A DNA stretch of 64,000 bases from assembly GCA_964016885.1 (NCBI GenBank), contig CAXHJY010000343.1, positions 303,019-367,018 on the forward strand, in the 5' to 3' direction. How positions within the stretch are numbered: the first letter of the stretch is position 1; every line of letters starts with the position of its first letter. Below the pieces are notes generated by a model, which ran no database searches, was not told the origin of the DNA, and saw only the letters and a program-made list of their open reading frames with translations. This document shows positions 28,781 to 43,193 of the stretch, piece by piece. Source of the stretch: Eledone cirrhosa. Its lineage: Eukaryota. The position numbers and the translations under genes are program-made.

Positions 28781-29384
28781 ATAAAACTTTGCATCTTCGA
28801 AATATATATAATGAAATAAAGAGATGATATAAAGTATATATCTTCCGTTTATTACTAATAGTATATATATATATATATACACACACACACATATATATGC
28901 CATTATAGTTTATTGTCACGGCAGGAAAACCTTTAATTATAAGTTTACTTGACCATACCAACCTGGGACTTAATTTAAGCCAGGCGGTGTTGTCTCCCTT
29001 AGCACTAATCACTGAATTAATATCCAGTAACGTCTGCTTTTCTTCTAGGTTTAGTTAAGCCTTTATCATTAACGTTACTCTATATTTACTGTTATATTTT
29101 CCCAGTAAACATAATTATCTCACAAAATATTGTATCTATGAGATTTTGATATTATTTATTTTGGGAACAATACCTTAACATCAGCATGAGCGGCTTGTTA
29201 GGGCCAGTTAGACAGGAAAATGTCAGAGAATTCTGGCCAGATACGGACGGTTTAAATAAATGATTTAATAAATAACAGCTCTATTGAAACACTACTGTGT
29301 TGTTCTGAGATGATTTCAGTAGAATTTCAAATGGTAGAAGGACAAATATATTCTACATTTACTTTAATATAGATTTAAACAAAG

Positions 29385-29870
29385 ATGGTAGAATGACAGA
29401 ATTGGTAGAGTGTCAGATAACCTACCATTGCAGTATTTGTCCTGGTTTTTAACATTCTGAGTTCAAATCCCAGTGAGGTAAATTTTATATTTTATTCTTC
29501 TAGGCTGGATAAAATATATTTATATGTACTATGGTTGATTTAATAAACTTTGCCCTTCCCCCAAAATTGCTGGTCTTCAGCCTAATTTACAAATAAATAG
29601 AGATTTAACAAGTTTGTTGCTTCAAATTTCTCAAAACACTTTTATTTAGTGTGACTAGTGCATTAAATTGGCAGTAATCGGTAGAGCGTCAGACAACAAG
29701 CTTTGCATCATATAGTTATGTCCTGTTACATTCTGAGTTCAAATCATGTGGAGGGTAGCTTTCCCTTTCATCCATACGGGGTTGATAAAATAAAGTACCA
29801 GTAATGCACTGAGGTTGATTTAACTTTCGCCATGCTCAATATTATTGGGCCTGTGCCTACATCAAATACC
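29385..29870 (+). mobile_element. Two old tRNA-derived SINE copies (~29385-29600 and ~29665-29870)
   Basis: ttctgagttcaaatc B box and ctttcatccatacggggttgataaaataaagtaccag domain. Confidence 0.7.
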
Positions 29871-30836
29871 ATTATTTACTGTGTCTAACAACACTCAGTA
29901 ACCTATACTATCACTACCCCAATGATACCAGCCAAGGCAGTGTCTCAAACTTCTCTCTGGCCTGCAGAAACCCAGGTACCAGTTGCCTCATGCTCCTGGC
30001 TAAGGACAGAATGGAGAAAGGGTTAACCTGGAAGATAGTGAGGGAGATGTGTTGAAGTAGCCATTAAAACCTCTGGGGCCTCACAAGTTTTAAAAACAAC
30101 AAAGTTCAATAGAATTTTAAACATTTCAAATACCAATGAAGTGTTTGTGTTTGATTTCTTCTAACTACTTTCAAGATATCATTACATATGGTGTTCTTAA
30201 CAGATATTTAGATGGGAAAATAACAAAAGTATGGAATCACAGACTGGACAAATTCCTCAAATGTAACTCTTTACTTAACACAAATAGATTGAATTTCAGG
30301 AGATAAATATAGTTTATTTAATATGTTATGAAAACCTAATAAATGATTTACGCTAAAAAGACAGAATATAAAAAGCAGGAAAAGACATATACACTCCTTC
30401 AATTAAATGTGTAAGGAATTGAACTAGGAACAGTTATTTGTAAATTTCTATTTCAACACAATAAAGCACAATAAACTGTAGAAATGTGGAACTGGAGGAC
30501 TGTTGATCTGGAGAAATGTTGAACTGAAGAACTGTAAAACTGTAGAACTGATGAACTGAAGAAATGTTGAACTGTTGAACTGAAGAACTAAAGTGAGGAT
30601 GTAACAACAGAAATAATTGTGTACTCCAGTAGCTGTAAGGCTGTACTTCAAACCTGTTGGATAAAATTGTGTACCCCAGTTTAGCTGAAGTATAATAGGC
30701 AAAAATATGAGCACACTTGAAACACATAATTGTGATATGATTGGCTGTCATTAAATAATTGAACCATAACGCAGCACTTGTTAAATGACATACAAATTGA
30801 GTTTAATATGTGATGTTGGTGCTGCTTTGTAATATT

Positions 30837-31395
30837 TCTGAGACAAGACACTGACAGCATTAGTTCAGGTGATAGAGGGTCCCTCAATTACACACCACAA
30901 CAGGGAATGTTGGTGTTGACCTCTAACAGATCTGAGACAAGACACTGACAGCATTAATTCAGGTGATAGAGGGTCCCTCAATTACACACCACGACAGGGA
31001 ATGTTGGTGTTGACCTCTAACATATCTGAGACAAGATACAGCATTAGTTCAGGTGATAGAGGGTCCCTCAATCACACATTACAACAGGGAATGTTGGTGT
31101 TGACCTCTAACATATCTGAGACAAGACACAGCATTAGTTCAGGTGATAGAGGGTCCCTCAATCACACATTACAACAGGGAATGTTGGTGTTGACCTCTAA
31201 CAGATCTGAGACAAGATACAGCATTAGTTCAGGTGATAGAGGGTCCCTCAATCACACATTACAACAGGGAATGTTGGTGTTGACCTCTAACATATCTGAG
31301 ACAAGACACAGCATTAGTTCAGGTGATAGAGACAAGACATATCATTACCTCAGATGATAAAGGGTCCCTCAATTACACATTATAACAGGGAATTT
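30837..31395. repeat. 90-94-bp tandem repeat, ~6 copies
   Basis: tctgagacaaga at 30837, 30931, 31025, 31115, 31205 and 31295. Confidence 0.95.
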
Positions 31396-31609
31396 TAGCT
31401 GTTACAAACAAATAAAAAAAGAAAAAGAATTTTGCAATTATATCATTAAAAATGAATCTAGGAAGACAAAAGTTAGACATGGAAAGGATTTTAATTCCAT
31501 TTAAAAACATATTTAAGAAATTGTGTCTGTAGAAGTGTTATGGTTACATTTTTGAGGTTGGTGGACAATAAGTTTAGACTGGTAAAAGGAAGGGTATCTC
31601 AGGGTTCAC

Positions 31610-31850
31610 AGTTAAATAGTTTTATCCCCAGTGTGTGTTTCTAAGTTACTGTTAGACACAAAATATTTCCCACATGTTTCACTGGGGAAAGTCCTTTTTC
31701 TGCAGTCTGAATATGTGGCCAACTTGAGTAGAATTCTGAATAAAAGATGTCCAACATGTTTCACACTGGAAGTTTCTTTCCTCCAGTCTGAAGACATATA
31801 TGTTTATTAAGTACCAAACTATCTGTAAAAGATTTCTCACATGAAATGAA
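31610..31850 (-). pseudogene. Heavily decayed C2H2-ZNF paralog
   Basis: ETCGKYFVSNSNLETHTGDK remnant; upstream 32020-32340 is homologous to the exon-1 and upstream regions of paralogs 1 and 3. Confidence 0.6.
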
Positions 31851-33445
31851 ATATTTAATCATGTAGGAACACCTACCTTGAAACATGTAGCTCACTCTAT
31901 ATTATCTACACAATATTAACTTTCACTTTAACATGAGATAATTACTACATAAAATATAATTAGATTAATTAAAGTTATACTTAAGATGGCAGGTACGTGG
32001 TGTCGTTGACTGTGTTTCCTTTTCCGGATGGTGACATGACTTAAAAGTCCCCTACATAATTTAATACATTCAGAAACAACTTCAGTTATATTAATTCACA
32101 CATTCAATCAATAAGCTAATCTTTATTCAGATTTGTGTAAATAACATTCGGAATTTTATATAACTGTTCATATTAAACCAAAATACATTATTAAAGGTAA
32201 TAAAATATTTAAGAAATGGAAACGAAGAGAAGAAAAAGGAATCAAGCAATGTCACTAATGGAAGAGGGAAAGGGACAGACACTATATTCCAGTCTGAGCT
32301 GTGATTCAGCCCCACCCTACAGACAAAATGGAAGGAAGCCACAGTAGAGGATGACCAAGAAAATCAGGGTCAAATGTTGTGAGAACTCAAAACGCTAAAA
32401 CTGGAAGAGATGAAGGAACGCATCTAGTGGAGAGATGCCATGCTGAGAAGGACCTGTACAACTGTTGCAAGCATGGAATAGTAGATATAATGATGATACA
32501 CAAAATATACACTATACATATAAATAATATGTATATAGTGTATGTGCTACATTTACACAATGTATACACTATATATAGAGTATATGCTACATATAGACAA
32601 TATATAAACTATATATATACTACATACACATTATATATAATGTTGTCCAAGGGAATAGCTGAAACAACTTGGCACCAATGACATCATAGATCATCATTTA
32701 ATGTCTACTTTCCCTGCTAGCAAGGGTGGGACAGGTCTTTACAAACCAGGGGGCAGTGGTTATTCTACATTCTACTGAGTGTATTTTATTGTGGCACCAG
32801 TACTAAAGAGGTTGTCATGTCTTTGACAGAACTGAAGGGTCCTACCAAACCTTTGTTTGGCAAGAGAAGAAAGTTGTAAAGTATTTTCAAATGTGAATTA
32901 TTTCTAAAAAAAAGTCATAATTTGAACTGTCATGAAAGTACCATCAACAAATATTAAAGTTATAAAATTGTTTTTATTTACACATAAATGTGGATATTTT
33001 GTCATAAATATAAACATAAACCAGTTAGTGTTTGTAAAATAACACATATAAACACATCAATCTTGTTTGTTTTTTTTATATTGATGGAGTCATAGGGGTG
33101 TCACTGTGGACATTTGAAGCTTGGTGGAGCCCTTCACTCACCAGGTTGGAACAGGTGATTTCTTCCAGAGAAGGAGAATAATAAATGTTCATCAATATAT
33201 ATATATATTATTTTGTGGCCTTCTTGAGATCATTAGTCCCCAGCTGAACATCCCTAGACATCTGATCTATGTAGGACATTTTCAGTCATCCCACTAGGGT
33301 CTTACTATGGTTAGGTATCCACCACAGGAGCCAGCTCATCAGGGCATCCATTCTTCGGTAGGAATGTCTGGTACGTCTTGTCCTCGGCTCCCTAGTTATT
33401 GTAGTAATCTTCAATATATGGCAGTATGTTTCTTGTTTGATTGAG

Positions 33446-33482
<37 letters not shown>

Positions 33483-34098
33483 GATGCGTATGAAGGATGA
33501 CAGCTGCATTAACAGGTGCAGAGTTCTAAAAGTCGATGTAAGCCATGGAGTGGGGAGAACCAGGAAGACCTGAGATGAGGTGATAAAAGCTGACCTTGCC
33601 CAATTGTGCCTCTCAAATACAATGACACAGGACCGTGACCTCTGATGTCAGTCGGTAATACAGAAGACCCGACTTCACACGGGTACAAGCCGAAGCTGAA
33701 GCATATAGACAATATCTCCCCATCCCTACCCACTGCAAAAATGGTCATGGAGATATCACGACAAAAAAAGCACCCAGCCCACACTGTAAAGTAGTCATGT
33801 AGATACCATGGTAAAGAAAGCACCCACCACTCACTGTAAATGAGGTTTTGTGTTAGGAAGGGCATCCAGCTGTAGAAATCAAGCCAAAATCAGTTACCTG
33901 ACCTGGCATTGCCCACAACAGGACAACCCGTCTAACTTATGCTAGTGTGGAAGAATGGAGGGAAAACCGTGATGATGATGATGATGATAAGTATAAGATA
34001 AGGATTTTTCAAGCTTCACATTTCATATACTTCAGTCCAGAGTGTGTCTGTATATTTGTGTGTTTCACATTTCAGAGTGATGGGGTTTATCGCAAGTG

Positions 34099-34596
34099 TT
34101 AACTACGTAGGTGAACAACCAGTGACGAATTCTGAGAGAAAGATTTCCCACATATTTCACATGAATAAGGTTTTTCACAAGTGTGTTTTCTTTTGTGTTT
34201 TACAAGATGAGAACTATTAGAAAAAGATTTCCCACATATTTCACAATGGAAGGGTTTTTCACCCGTGTGTGTTCTTTTGTGAACTACAAGTGTAGAATTA
34301 CGAGAAAAAGATTTCCCACATATTTCACATGAATAAGGTTTTTCACCAGTATGTATTCTTTTGTGTTTTACAAGATTAGCAACATGAGGAAAAGAGTTCC
34401 CACATATTTCACATGCAAAAGGTTTTTCTCCAGTGTGTGTTCTTATATGCCTTTTTAAATCACTGTTCAAGACACAAGATTTCCCACATATTTCACAATG
34501 GAAGGGTTTTGCTCCTCTGTGTATTTTCTCGTGTGAGGATAGTTTCAGTTTTGAAGAGAAAGTTTTCCTACAAATCTCACAGCTATATTCAGACAT
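34099..34596 (-). CDS. C2H2 zinc-finger paralog 3 (165 aa, 6 fingers; last His removed by CAA->TAA)
   Basis: Six CEIC repeats; ends VHLRS* where paralog 1 reads VHLRSQHLQ*. Confidence 0.85.
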   Translation of the reverse strand: MSEYSCEICRKTFSSKLKLSSHEKIHRGAKPFHCEICGKSCVLNSDLKRHIRTHTGEKPFACEICGNSFPHVANLVKHKRIHTGEKPYSCEICGKSFSRNSTLVVHKRTHTGEKPFHCEICGKSFSNSSHLVKHKRKHTCEKPYSCEICGKSFSQNSSLVVHLRS

Positions 34597-37479
34597 ATTT
34601 CTAGCTAGAGATCTTTACATAAAGGATTCTCACCACTTCTACTGATACATTAAGAAATGTAGGTATCGTTAATAGATGCCATGTATTCTAATATACAAAG
34701 GGTCCATAAAAGACTGCAGAAGTCTGCTTTCTTCTTCTACAAGTTGTAATGTAGCATTTAATTGGTACAAGTAATAAGACATATGTCAGTGTAAGACTAA
34801 TCTTGGATGAATAAAAGGCAAGTGGCTATATATATATGTGTGTGTGTGTGTGTTTGATTATTGTGGAATATACCACTATTATTATTGTTAAAGTGAGAGA
34901 AGCTCTATTCACAATAACGTCCTCATCTCATAAAACAGACGAATAAGACTTCTATAGTTAAGGTTCTTGTTATTGGGGACAGTTCAGGTGACAAGAGAAT
35001 TAGTATCAATAATTTCAAAAGATCAAGGTTAATATATATACATATATATACAGACATACAGTGTGTAGGTATAAGAGAGAGTAATAGACGTATGTGTGTG
35101 TGTGTGTGTGTAGAAATATGTGTGTAGGTGTTGTAATAAATCAAGATATTTCACTTCAGATAGAAAAGTTCACAATGCTTGTGTTGTGGTGGAAAAGGAA
35201 ATAATACGTACTTTAGTTGTCAAGACCAAATATAAAGTCAAGAAAAGTTAGTAAAAACTAAATGTTCACTGATTTCTGATTAAAATAATATTTTCCTGTC
35301 CTGTAAAATGTTGAACAACCCCTTCAATATTTAATAATACAGGTGATAAAACAACAACTATAAGGTAAATAAGTCACCTTATGTTATTTACAAACATTAA
35401 CGTCCACCTTAATATGAAATAATCACCATAAAAGATAAAATTAGATGAGGTTTAAGTTGTAACAATGGAGCTGATATAAATGGTAATATTTCACCGTCTA
35501 GTTGACACCGGTGTCATGACTTAAAAGTCCCCCACACAATTTAATACATTCAGAAACAACTTCCGTTATATGAACTACCAGAAAACCACCCGAAGGTAGC
35601 GTGTGTAGTGTGTATATTGATATTATACGCAGGTATATATGATACATGTATATATACCTGCGTGTAATATCAATATACACACTACACATGCTACCTTCGG
35701 GTGGTTTTCAGCTAGCATGTGTAGTGTGTATATTGATATTATACGCAAGTATATATATATACATGTAGATATGATACATCAAATAAAATCATAATTGACA
35801 ATATATAATTGTTTCTACGTTAGGCACAAGGAAAGCAAATAACAGTGTATTACTGGTACTTTATTTTATCGACCCAGTAAGGATGAAAGGCAAAGTTAAC
35901 TTCGGCGGGATTTGAACTCAGAATGGCAAGGGCCGTAACTCTATGCGTCAAAGCATGGCGTCCGACCCTCTACCAATACTGCCAATCCACCGCCTTGACA
36001 ATATATAATACACAGAAATTGAACAAAAACTGTGTTACACTGTCTTATGTAATCAGTAACGTAATCCATGATACATTAAAAAGGACGATATTATATATAA
36101 ACTGCATTAGGAGAAAATTAGTGACAGAAAATTAATAGTTTATTGAAGTGATGGCCAACCGGAAGTGTTGACATTTCAGAAATTTTAAAGAAGTGAATCT
36201 TTAAATAAACAAAATATATTTAATCAACAGCCCCGAAATTTAGTAGATAAATTATGTAATATTCATTCATTATTTATTCAAAGTAATCTAACTTATTTTA
36301 CTAATGGGATAAACAATTATAAACTGTACGCAGTCCCATGCTCCTTCTTTTATTATAGTTTAGATTCATACGTTCAATAGATATGCTAGTACTTTATTCA
36401 GATTTGAATAAATAACGTTATTAATGTTATATAACTGTTCATATTAAACCAAAACACATTATTAAAGGTAATAAAATATTTACGTAATGGAAAAAAAAAG
36501 AAAAAACGAATCAAACAACGAAAATAATTGTTTCTACTTTTGGCACAAGGCGAGTAATTATCGCAGTGTATTACTGGTACTTTATTTTATCGACCTCGTA
36601 AGGATGAAAGGCAAAGTTAACCTCGGCGGGATTTGAACTCAGATCATAAAGGGAGGTAACTCTATGCTACAAAGCTTGGCGTCCGACGCTCTACCGATAC
36701 TGCCAATAAAATAACGGGAGAGGGACAGACTTTATATTTCAGTCTGAGCTGTGATTCAGCCCCACCCTACAGACAAAATGACGAAGGTGTTACCACAGAG
36801 AATAGCCAGAGACACCCACAGCAACATCCACCCCACCTCATGGGACTACTTCCTCAAGGGGGCTGCTGTCTTTCTAATTTTGAGAAGGAAATCAGCAGTG
36901 TAGGGACAAAGAGGAAGTGGTTTGTCAGGCCCCGGTATTTAACTATCTCCCTCTTCTCTCTATTGCAGGTAGTGAAGCCTGGGTTTGTGGCTTCAGGGAA
37001 AATGTAGGAGGCAGAGAATGATACAACCCATGCTAAACCTCCAACTAAAGCTGATACTTGTCTTTTTCAGCTGTGGAGATTAGAGACATGTGGAATGATG
37101 TGTCTTGCTTAAGGTCACAATGTACCTCCCTAACTGACAATAGAAAACATGATATTACCATATGTTGTATGACTTCACTATACAATATATATGTGTTTGT
37201 ATACATATATATAGTATATATTTGTGTATACATTGTCTCATTCCATGAGAGTAACTTGGTCAGTCTATGAACTTCTCATCCGACCCTTCTATATGTATAT
37301 ACATGTTTGTCAGCGTGTGTGTACATATGTATATAGAATATTGTCACAACTACTATATACACCACATATACACTATATATAATATTGTCCAATATATATA
37401 GACTATATGTCATGTTGTCCAAGGGAAAGGCTGATATAGATCAGCACCAGTGACATTACAACTATTATATACACTATAT

Positions 37480-38313
37480 ATCATCATCATCATTATCATT
37501 TAACGTCTATCTTCCACGCTAGCATGGGTTAGACGGGAATTGTCCCACTTGAGGCAGGATTGATCAGGTGACCGTGTCTCGCTCGTATAGGACTGTATCT
37601 GGCAGGTTTTCTAAGGCTGGATGCCCTTCCTAACACCAACCACATTTCCAGTGTGGACTGGGAGTCTTTTCGTGATGACACCTACACTACCTCTTTAGTT
37701 TGGACTGGATGTTGTGGTACCAACATAACTTTACAGAGACAGGGTGGTGTTGGTGTGAGTGGGAGGATGCAGTAGGGTGTGTGGGTTGGGGTGTATATTT
37801 GGTTAGGAGGGGCCTACTGACTGTAGGTTAACTTTGCACGTAGGGAAGGCAGGTCTTCTCTGTTACTGTGTGGTGCCATAGATCTCAATCCAGTGACATT
37901 GTCTAAGAGAGGTGTAAGTGTGCAAGGTTGGATTTTATGTCATCCCAGGTTTTTCTGGGTCTACCTACTCCGTAACTTCCATCAATTTTGATATCCCTGC
38001 ACTTTTTTTTTAAGATGTCATCTTTCATGCGCATCACATGACCATACCATTGTAATCTTCTCTCAAGTAAACAGCATCTGATCCCTCTTATTCCTAATTC
38101 TCACTTAGTTTGTTTATGTTTTGCCGTTCATGTATATTACAATTACACATCCAACAGAGCATGCATGCTTCGTTCCTTTCCAATCTGTGCAGGTCCTCTG
38201 CACACAATGCCCATGTCTCACTGCCATGTAACATTGCTGTTCGTATACACGCATCATACAGCCTGCCTTTCATTTTTAGAGAAACCTTTTGTGTCCAGCA
38301 GCGGTATTAGCTC
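37480..38313 (-). mobile_element. RTE LINE 3' portion, third duplicate, truncated at the duplication breakpoint
   Basis: Matches 21718-22555 including its left flank. Confidence 0.9.
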
Positions 38314-40155
38314 ATTGTGACATGTGAGAGAAACCATTCTCTTTGAATGTTACATTAACTACACACAAACATATACATACAGCTGGGAAGCCATATCACT
38401 TTGATATATTTTGTAAATCTTTCTCTAAATGTTGTGGATTCACTATACACTAACATATACAGGAGAGGAACTATATCACTATGATGTCTGTGGTAAATGC
38501 TTCTCTAAATTCTGTGACTTTACTACGCACTAACATATACAGGAGAGGAACCATATCACTGTGATGTCTGTGGTACCTCACTCTCTAAATGTTGTGACTT
38601 CACTACACACTAACATATACAGGAGAGGAACCATATTACTGTGATGTCTGTGGTACCTCACTCTCTAAATGTTGTGGCTTCACTACACACTAACATATAC
38701 AGGAGAGGAACTATATCACTGTGGTGTCTGTGGTACCTCACTCTCTAAATGTTGTGGCTTCACTACACACTAACATATACAGGAGAGGAACCATATCACT
38801 GTGGTACCTCACTCTCTAAATGTTGTGACTTTACTACACACTAACATATACAGGAGAGGAACTATATCACTGTGGTGTCTGTGGTACTTCACTCTCTAAA
38901 TGTTGTGGCTTCACTACACACTAACATATACAGGAGAGGAACCATATCACTGTGATGTCTGTGGTACCTCACTCTCTAAATGTTGTGGCTTCACTACACA
39001 CTAACATATACAGGAGAGGAACCATATCACTGTGGTACCTCACTCTCTAAATGTTGTGACTTTACTACACACTAACATATACAGGAGAGGAACTATATCA
39101 CTGTGATGTCTGTGGTACCTCACTCTCTAAATGTTGTGACTTTACTACACACTAACATATACAGGAGAGGAACCATATCACTGTGATGTCTGTGGTACCT
39201 CACTCTCTAAATGTTGTGGCTTCACTACACACTAACATATACAGGAGAGGAACCATATTACTGTGATGTCTGTGGTACCTCACTCTCTAAATGTTGTGGC
39301 TTCACTACACACTAACATATACAGGAGAGGAACTATATCACTGTGGTGTCTGTGGTACCTCACTCTCTAAATGTTGTGGCTTCACTACACACTAACATAT
39401 ACAGGAGAGGAACCATATCACTGTGGTACCTCACTCTCTAAATGTTGTGACTTTACTACACACTAACATATACAGGAGAGGAACTATATCACTGTGGTGT
39501 CTGTGGTACTTCACTCTCTAAATGTTGTGGCTTCACTACACACTAACATATACAGGAGAGGAACTATATCACTGTGGTGTCTGTGGTACCTCACTCTCTA
39601 AATGTTGTGGCTTCACTACACACTAACATATACAGGAGAGGAACCATATCACTGTGGTACCTCACTCTCTAAATGTTGTGACTTTACTACACACTAACAT
39701 ATACAGGAGAGGAACTATATCACTGTGGTGTCTGTGGTACTTCACTCTCTAAATGTTGTGGCTTCACTACACACTAACATATACAGGAGAGGAACCATAT
39801 CACTGTGATGTCTGTGGTACCTCACTCTCTAAATGTTGTGGCTTCACTACACACTAACATATACAGGAAAGGAAGTATATCACTGTGATGTCTGTGGTAC
39901 CTCACTCTCTAAATGTTGTGACTTCACTACACACTAACATATACAGGAGAGGAACCATATCACTATGATGTCTGTGGTACCTCACTCTCTAAATGTTGTG
40001 GCTTCACTACACACTAACATATACAGGAGAGGAACCATATCACTGTGATATCTGTGGTACCTCACTCTCTAAATTTTGTTGCTTCACTACACACTAACAT
40101 ATACAGGAGAGGAATCATATCACTGTGATGTCTGTGGTACCTCACTCTCTAAAAT
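38314..40155 (+). repeat. Zinc-finger-derived satellite: 22 units of 80/71 bp preceded by two decayed fingers
   Basis: Unit reads TGEEPYHCDVCGTSLSKCCGFTTH*; taacatatac starts at 38451, 38531, 38611 ... 40095. Confidence 0.95.
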
Positions 40156-40808
40156 TTGTTTGCTTTTAAGAAACCACTGGTAAATGAAATAATTGCCTTA
40201 TGTTATTTATTACATAACTATTAAGCTCTGTTACCTACATAGAGCACTCTTTTTTCCTGGACTTTTCCGACGGAATTACTTCACATATATACATATAAAC
40301 GAAAAAAATGAAACGAAATTTCATTTCCCACTCTTAGTACGGCTGTAACTTAAATATAAGTATGTATACGTACATACATATATGTATACAGACGTACAGT
40401 AGTATGTATATATACATACATGCACACATATATATATGTACGTATGGATTCACCAAACATTCATTACAACGCTCAGTGTGTTTGTAAACAAACATCCCGA
40501 ATTAAGCCGTAGTGTCCAGCAACCATCGTTGCTCGTTTGTTCAACACTGACAAAGGAACGCTGTACTAGTTTCAAGCTTGTTAGCTATCGTCAGCAACGT
40601 ATACCTTCCTGCCGATATACAAATTGGGCTACTCAGTCGTTAATATGCATAAGGAAATTATATACTTTCGGACGTTCAACCATCTGGCAGGAAGGTATAC
40701 GTTGCAATTTGTATATAATAGGGGTTAATTTGAAGCAGAAAATGTTGGGGACCACTTAAGACAACAAATCGTTCTTTTTATTTTATAACAATTATTATTA
40801 TTATCATA

Positions 40809-41651
40809 TCTATATATATAAAACTGTGGTTGTCTGTCTGTCTATCGATTTTTGGCACACATCTCCTCTTAGAATCTCTCACGGAATTGCACCGAAATTG
40901 CTATACTTGTACATTGAGCCCTAGCGAAGACATCGGAAAAAAAATATTTCAAATTGACCCGCCCTATCTGACGAAATCGAATATAATGTATCGATTTTTG
41001 AGCGTAAGTGATCAGTTATTTCCCTTTGTTCTGTTTACATTGAGCGTCTTACGTAAAAAATTACGCTGGCTTTACGAACAGTTGTCGAGCCAGCAAAATA
41101 TTGACCTTCAAAATTCATCAGTTCGAACACTAAGCTTCCGTTTTGCTTCATTTCCATTTAAAAGCATTTTAAAACAATATTTTTACTTGAAAACAAGTCT
41201 ATTTAAAGACTACGTAAAACAAGCAAATATTTCGTCGTTAGGCGTGCAGACAGACAGTCGTGCAGACAGACAGTCGTGCAGAGAGGTGATATAGGCGTGC
41301 AGACAGACAGTCGTGCAGAGAGGTGATATAGGCGTGCAGACAGACATAACTGATAATTTGGTTACGCTAATGTTTTTCTCTGCGTTGCAGTGTTTACATT
41401 TTCGATCTTTGTTAATAAATAACCAGTGCAGTTTCTATCCCCAACATCCTCTTTTGTTATAACATTCGGGTTATCGTTATGTTTTCTTAACTTCATAAGG
41501 CATATTGTTGGTTGAGGGAATATTAATCAAAAACACCACATGCAAGTCTGCACAGTAGACACTACAGTTTTTAAGCCAAGAAAGAAACTTAACATTGTAA
41601 CTTTAACACAGCTACTGAGCGACCCCGAGCAACGCCGGGCTTTACTGCTAG
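40809..41651 (+). mobile_element. Non-autonomous Helitron
   Basis: A|TCTATATATATAAAA 5' end; 3' hairpin cccgagcaacgccggg then CTAG|T; internal ~38-bp tandem repeat at 41240-41345. Confidence 0.88.
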
Positions 41652-41715
41652 TATATATATATTTTAGTCTTCAAATTTATTATTATTACTATATATATAT
41701 ATATATATATATATA

Positions 41716-41971
41716 GTACAAATGAGGTCGTGTAGGTGTCACGCCAAAAAAAAATACACAGTCCACGCTGTAATGTGGCCGTGTAGGTAACACGGTAAAA
41801 ACCTCCCAGTTCCACACTGTAAATGTGGTTGGTGTTAGGAAGGGCATCCAGCCGTAGAAAACCCGCCAGACAGTCCTATGCGAGCAAGACAACCACTCTT
41901 GCCTCAAGTGGGAAAACTCCCGTCCAAACCCATGCAACCGTGGAATATGGACGTTAAACGATGATGATGAT
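41716..41971 (+). mobile_element. RTE 3'UTR/tail fragment at the centre of a 32-bp inverted repeat
   Basis: Tail ending cccatgcaaccgtggaatatggacgttaaacgatgatgatg; flanks 41661-41692 and 41970-42001 are reverse complements. Confidence 0.8.
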
Positions 41972-42167
41972 AGTAATAATAATAAATTTGAAGACTAAAA
42001 TCCAAAGAGAGCTCGATAAGGATAAATATATATTAAATATATAAGAACCGTAGAGCAAATATTTATTAAAATTTTTTCAGAAGATCCCACTAGGGGTGAA
42101 AGCAGCGATTCTTTGCTTAAACTTTAATCTGTTATTTTAATAAATATATATATATATATATATATAT

Positions 42168-42416
42168 GCAGAGGTTATATTTAATTTGTTGGGATTCAAC
42201 AAGCTTAAACATTTTTATAACTGATATAAAGCACTCAACACTTAGTGGTGTAACTACACAATATATTAATAAATGGAAACTATATTTATTTTATTATACA
42301 TATTTCAAGGGCCACAATGTCTTTTAGAGAAGAAGAGATCCTAAAGAATGTGGCCCTTGAAATATGTATAATAAAATATATATGGTTTTATAAATATAGT
42401 TTCCATTTATTAATAT

Positions 42417-42420
<4 letters not shown>
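42168..42420. mobile_element. Penelope-like fold-back terminus, same family as 54660-54812
   Basis: Arms ~42259-42316 / 42349-42420; the long minus-strand arm matches 54660-54812 and ends in (TA)n. Confidence 0.7.
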
Positions 42421-42474
<54 letters not shown>

Positions 42475-43193
42475 TGTATGTATATATACACATATATATA
42501 TATGTGTGTGTGTGTACCCCTCATTCCGTTTTTAAAAATACACTCGTTGAACCACGTCATCCCCGTGGCAACACGTGGTTCAAATCATTCGCAGTTTTGC
42601 ATTTGCTGTGTAAACGCAGATGGTTATCTTCTTCTCCTTTGGTGAACATCCAAGTATTTAACTGCTGTGATTTACGGATTAATAGGTGAAATATATTTCT
42701 TACTTAAAGAAATATATACAAAGGAGATTAATCATTTTAAATGGTATCTATATTTGAAGTTCTAGTTAAACTTTAATTAGTTACCTACCTAGCTATGTGT
42801 GCCTACATTCTTTACAAATTATACCCTGTGATTGTTTCATGTATTTATTATATATATATATATGTCAATCTATTTCTAGTTGATATGTAATGCTCGGATC
42901 TAATCTTTGAGCTTATTCTACGGTGGATATGGCGCATGTCTCTCAGACATGACAACCCTTAATTTTAATTTTGGATATATATACATATATATATACATAT
43001 AACATATGTATATATACAAATATACATATAATATATATATATACATATATATATATGTATGAGGTTGGTGTTAGGAAGGGCATCCAGCTGTAGAAATCAA
43101 GCCAGAATCAGTTCCTGTCCTACCCCTGCAAACAGGGAATAACGGACGTAAAAGGATGATGATGATGATACATATATATATATATATATATAT

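Larger units (their letters stand above)
32375..38313. repeat. Segmental duplication of ~14695-22560 (whole ZNF unit)
   Basis: Collinear, high-identity match through minisatellite, sub-repeat, RTE tail, ZNF, exon 1, palindrome, two SINEs and the 3' end of the RTE. Confidence 0.93.

Noticed and set aside
38451-40155. CRISPR-like regular array
   Set aside because: Units are contiguous with no unique spacers, translate as a zinc finger, and there are no cas genes; the DNA is eukaryotic.
42075-42112. cagaaga-tccc-acta-gggg-tgaaagc hammerhead-like string
   Set aside because: Core is mutated and no UH site or stem I pairing was found; at best a decayed relic.
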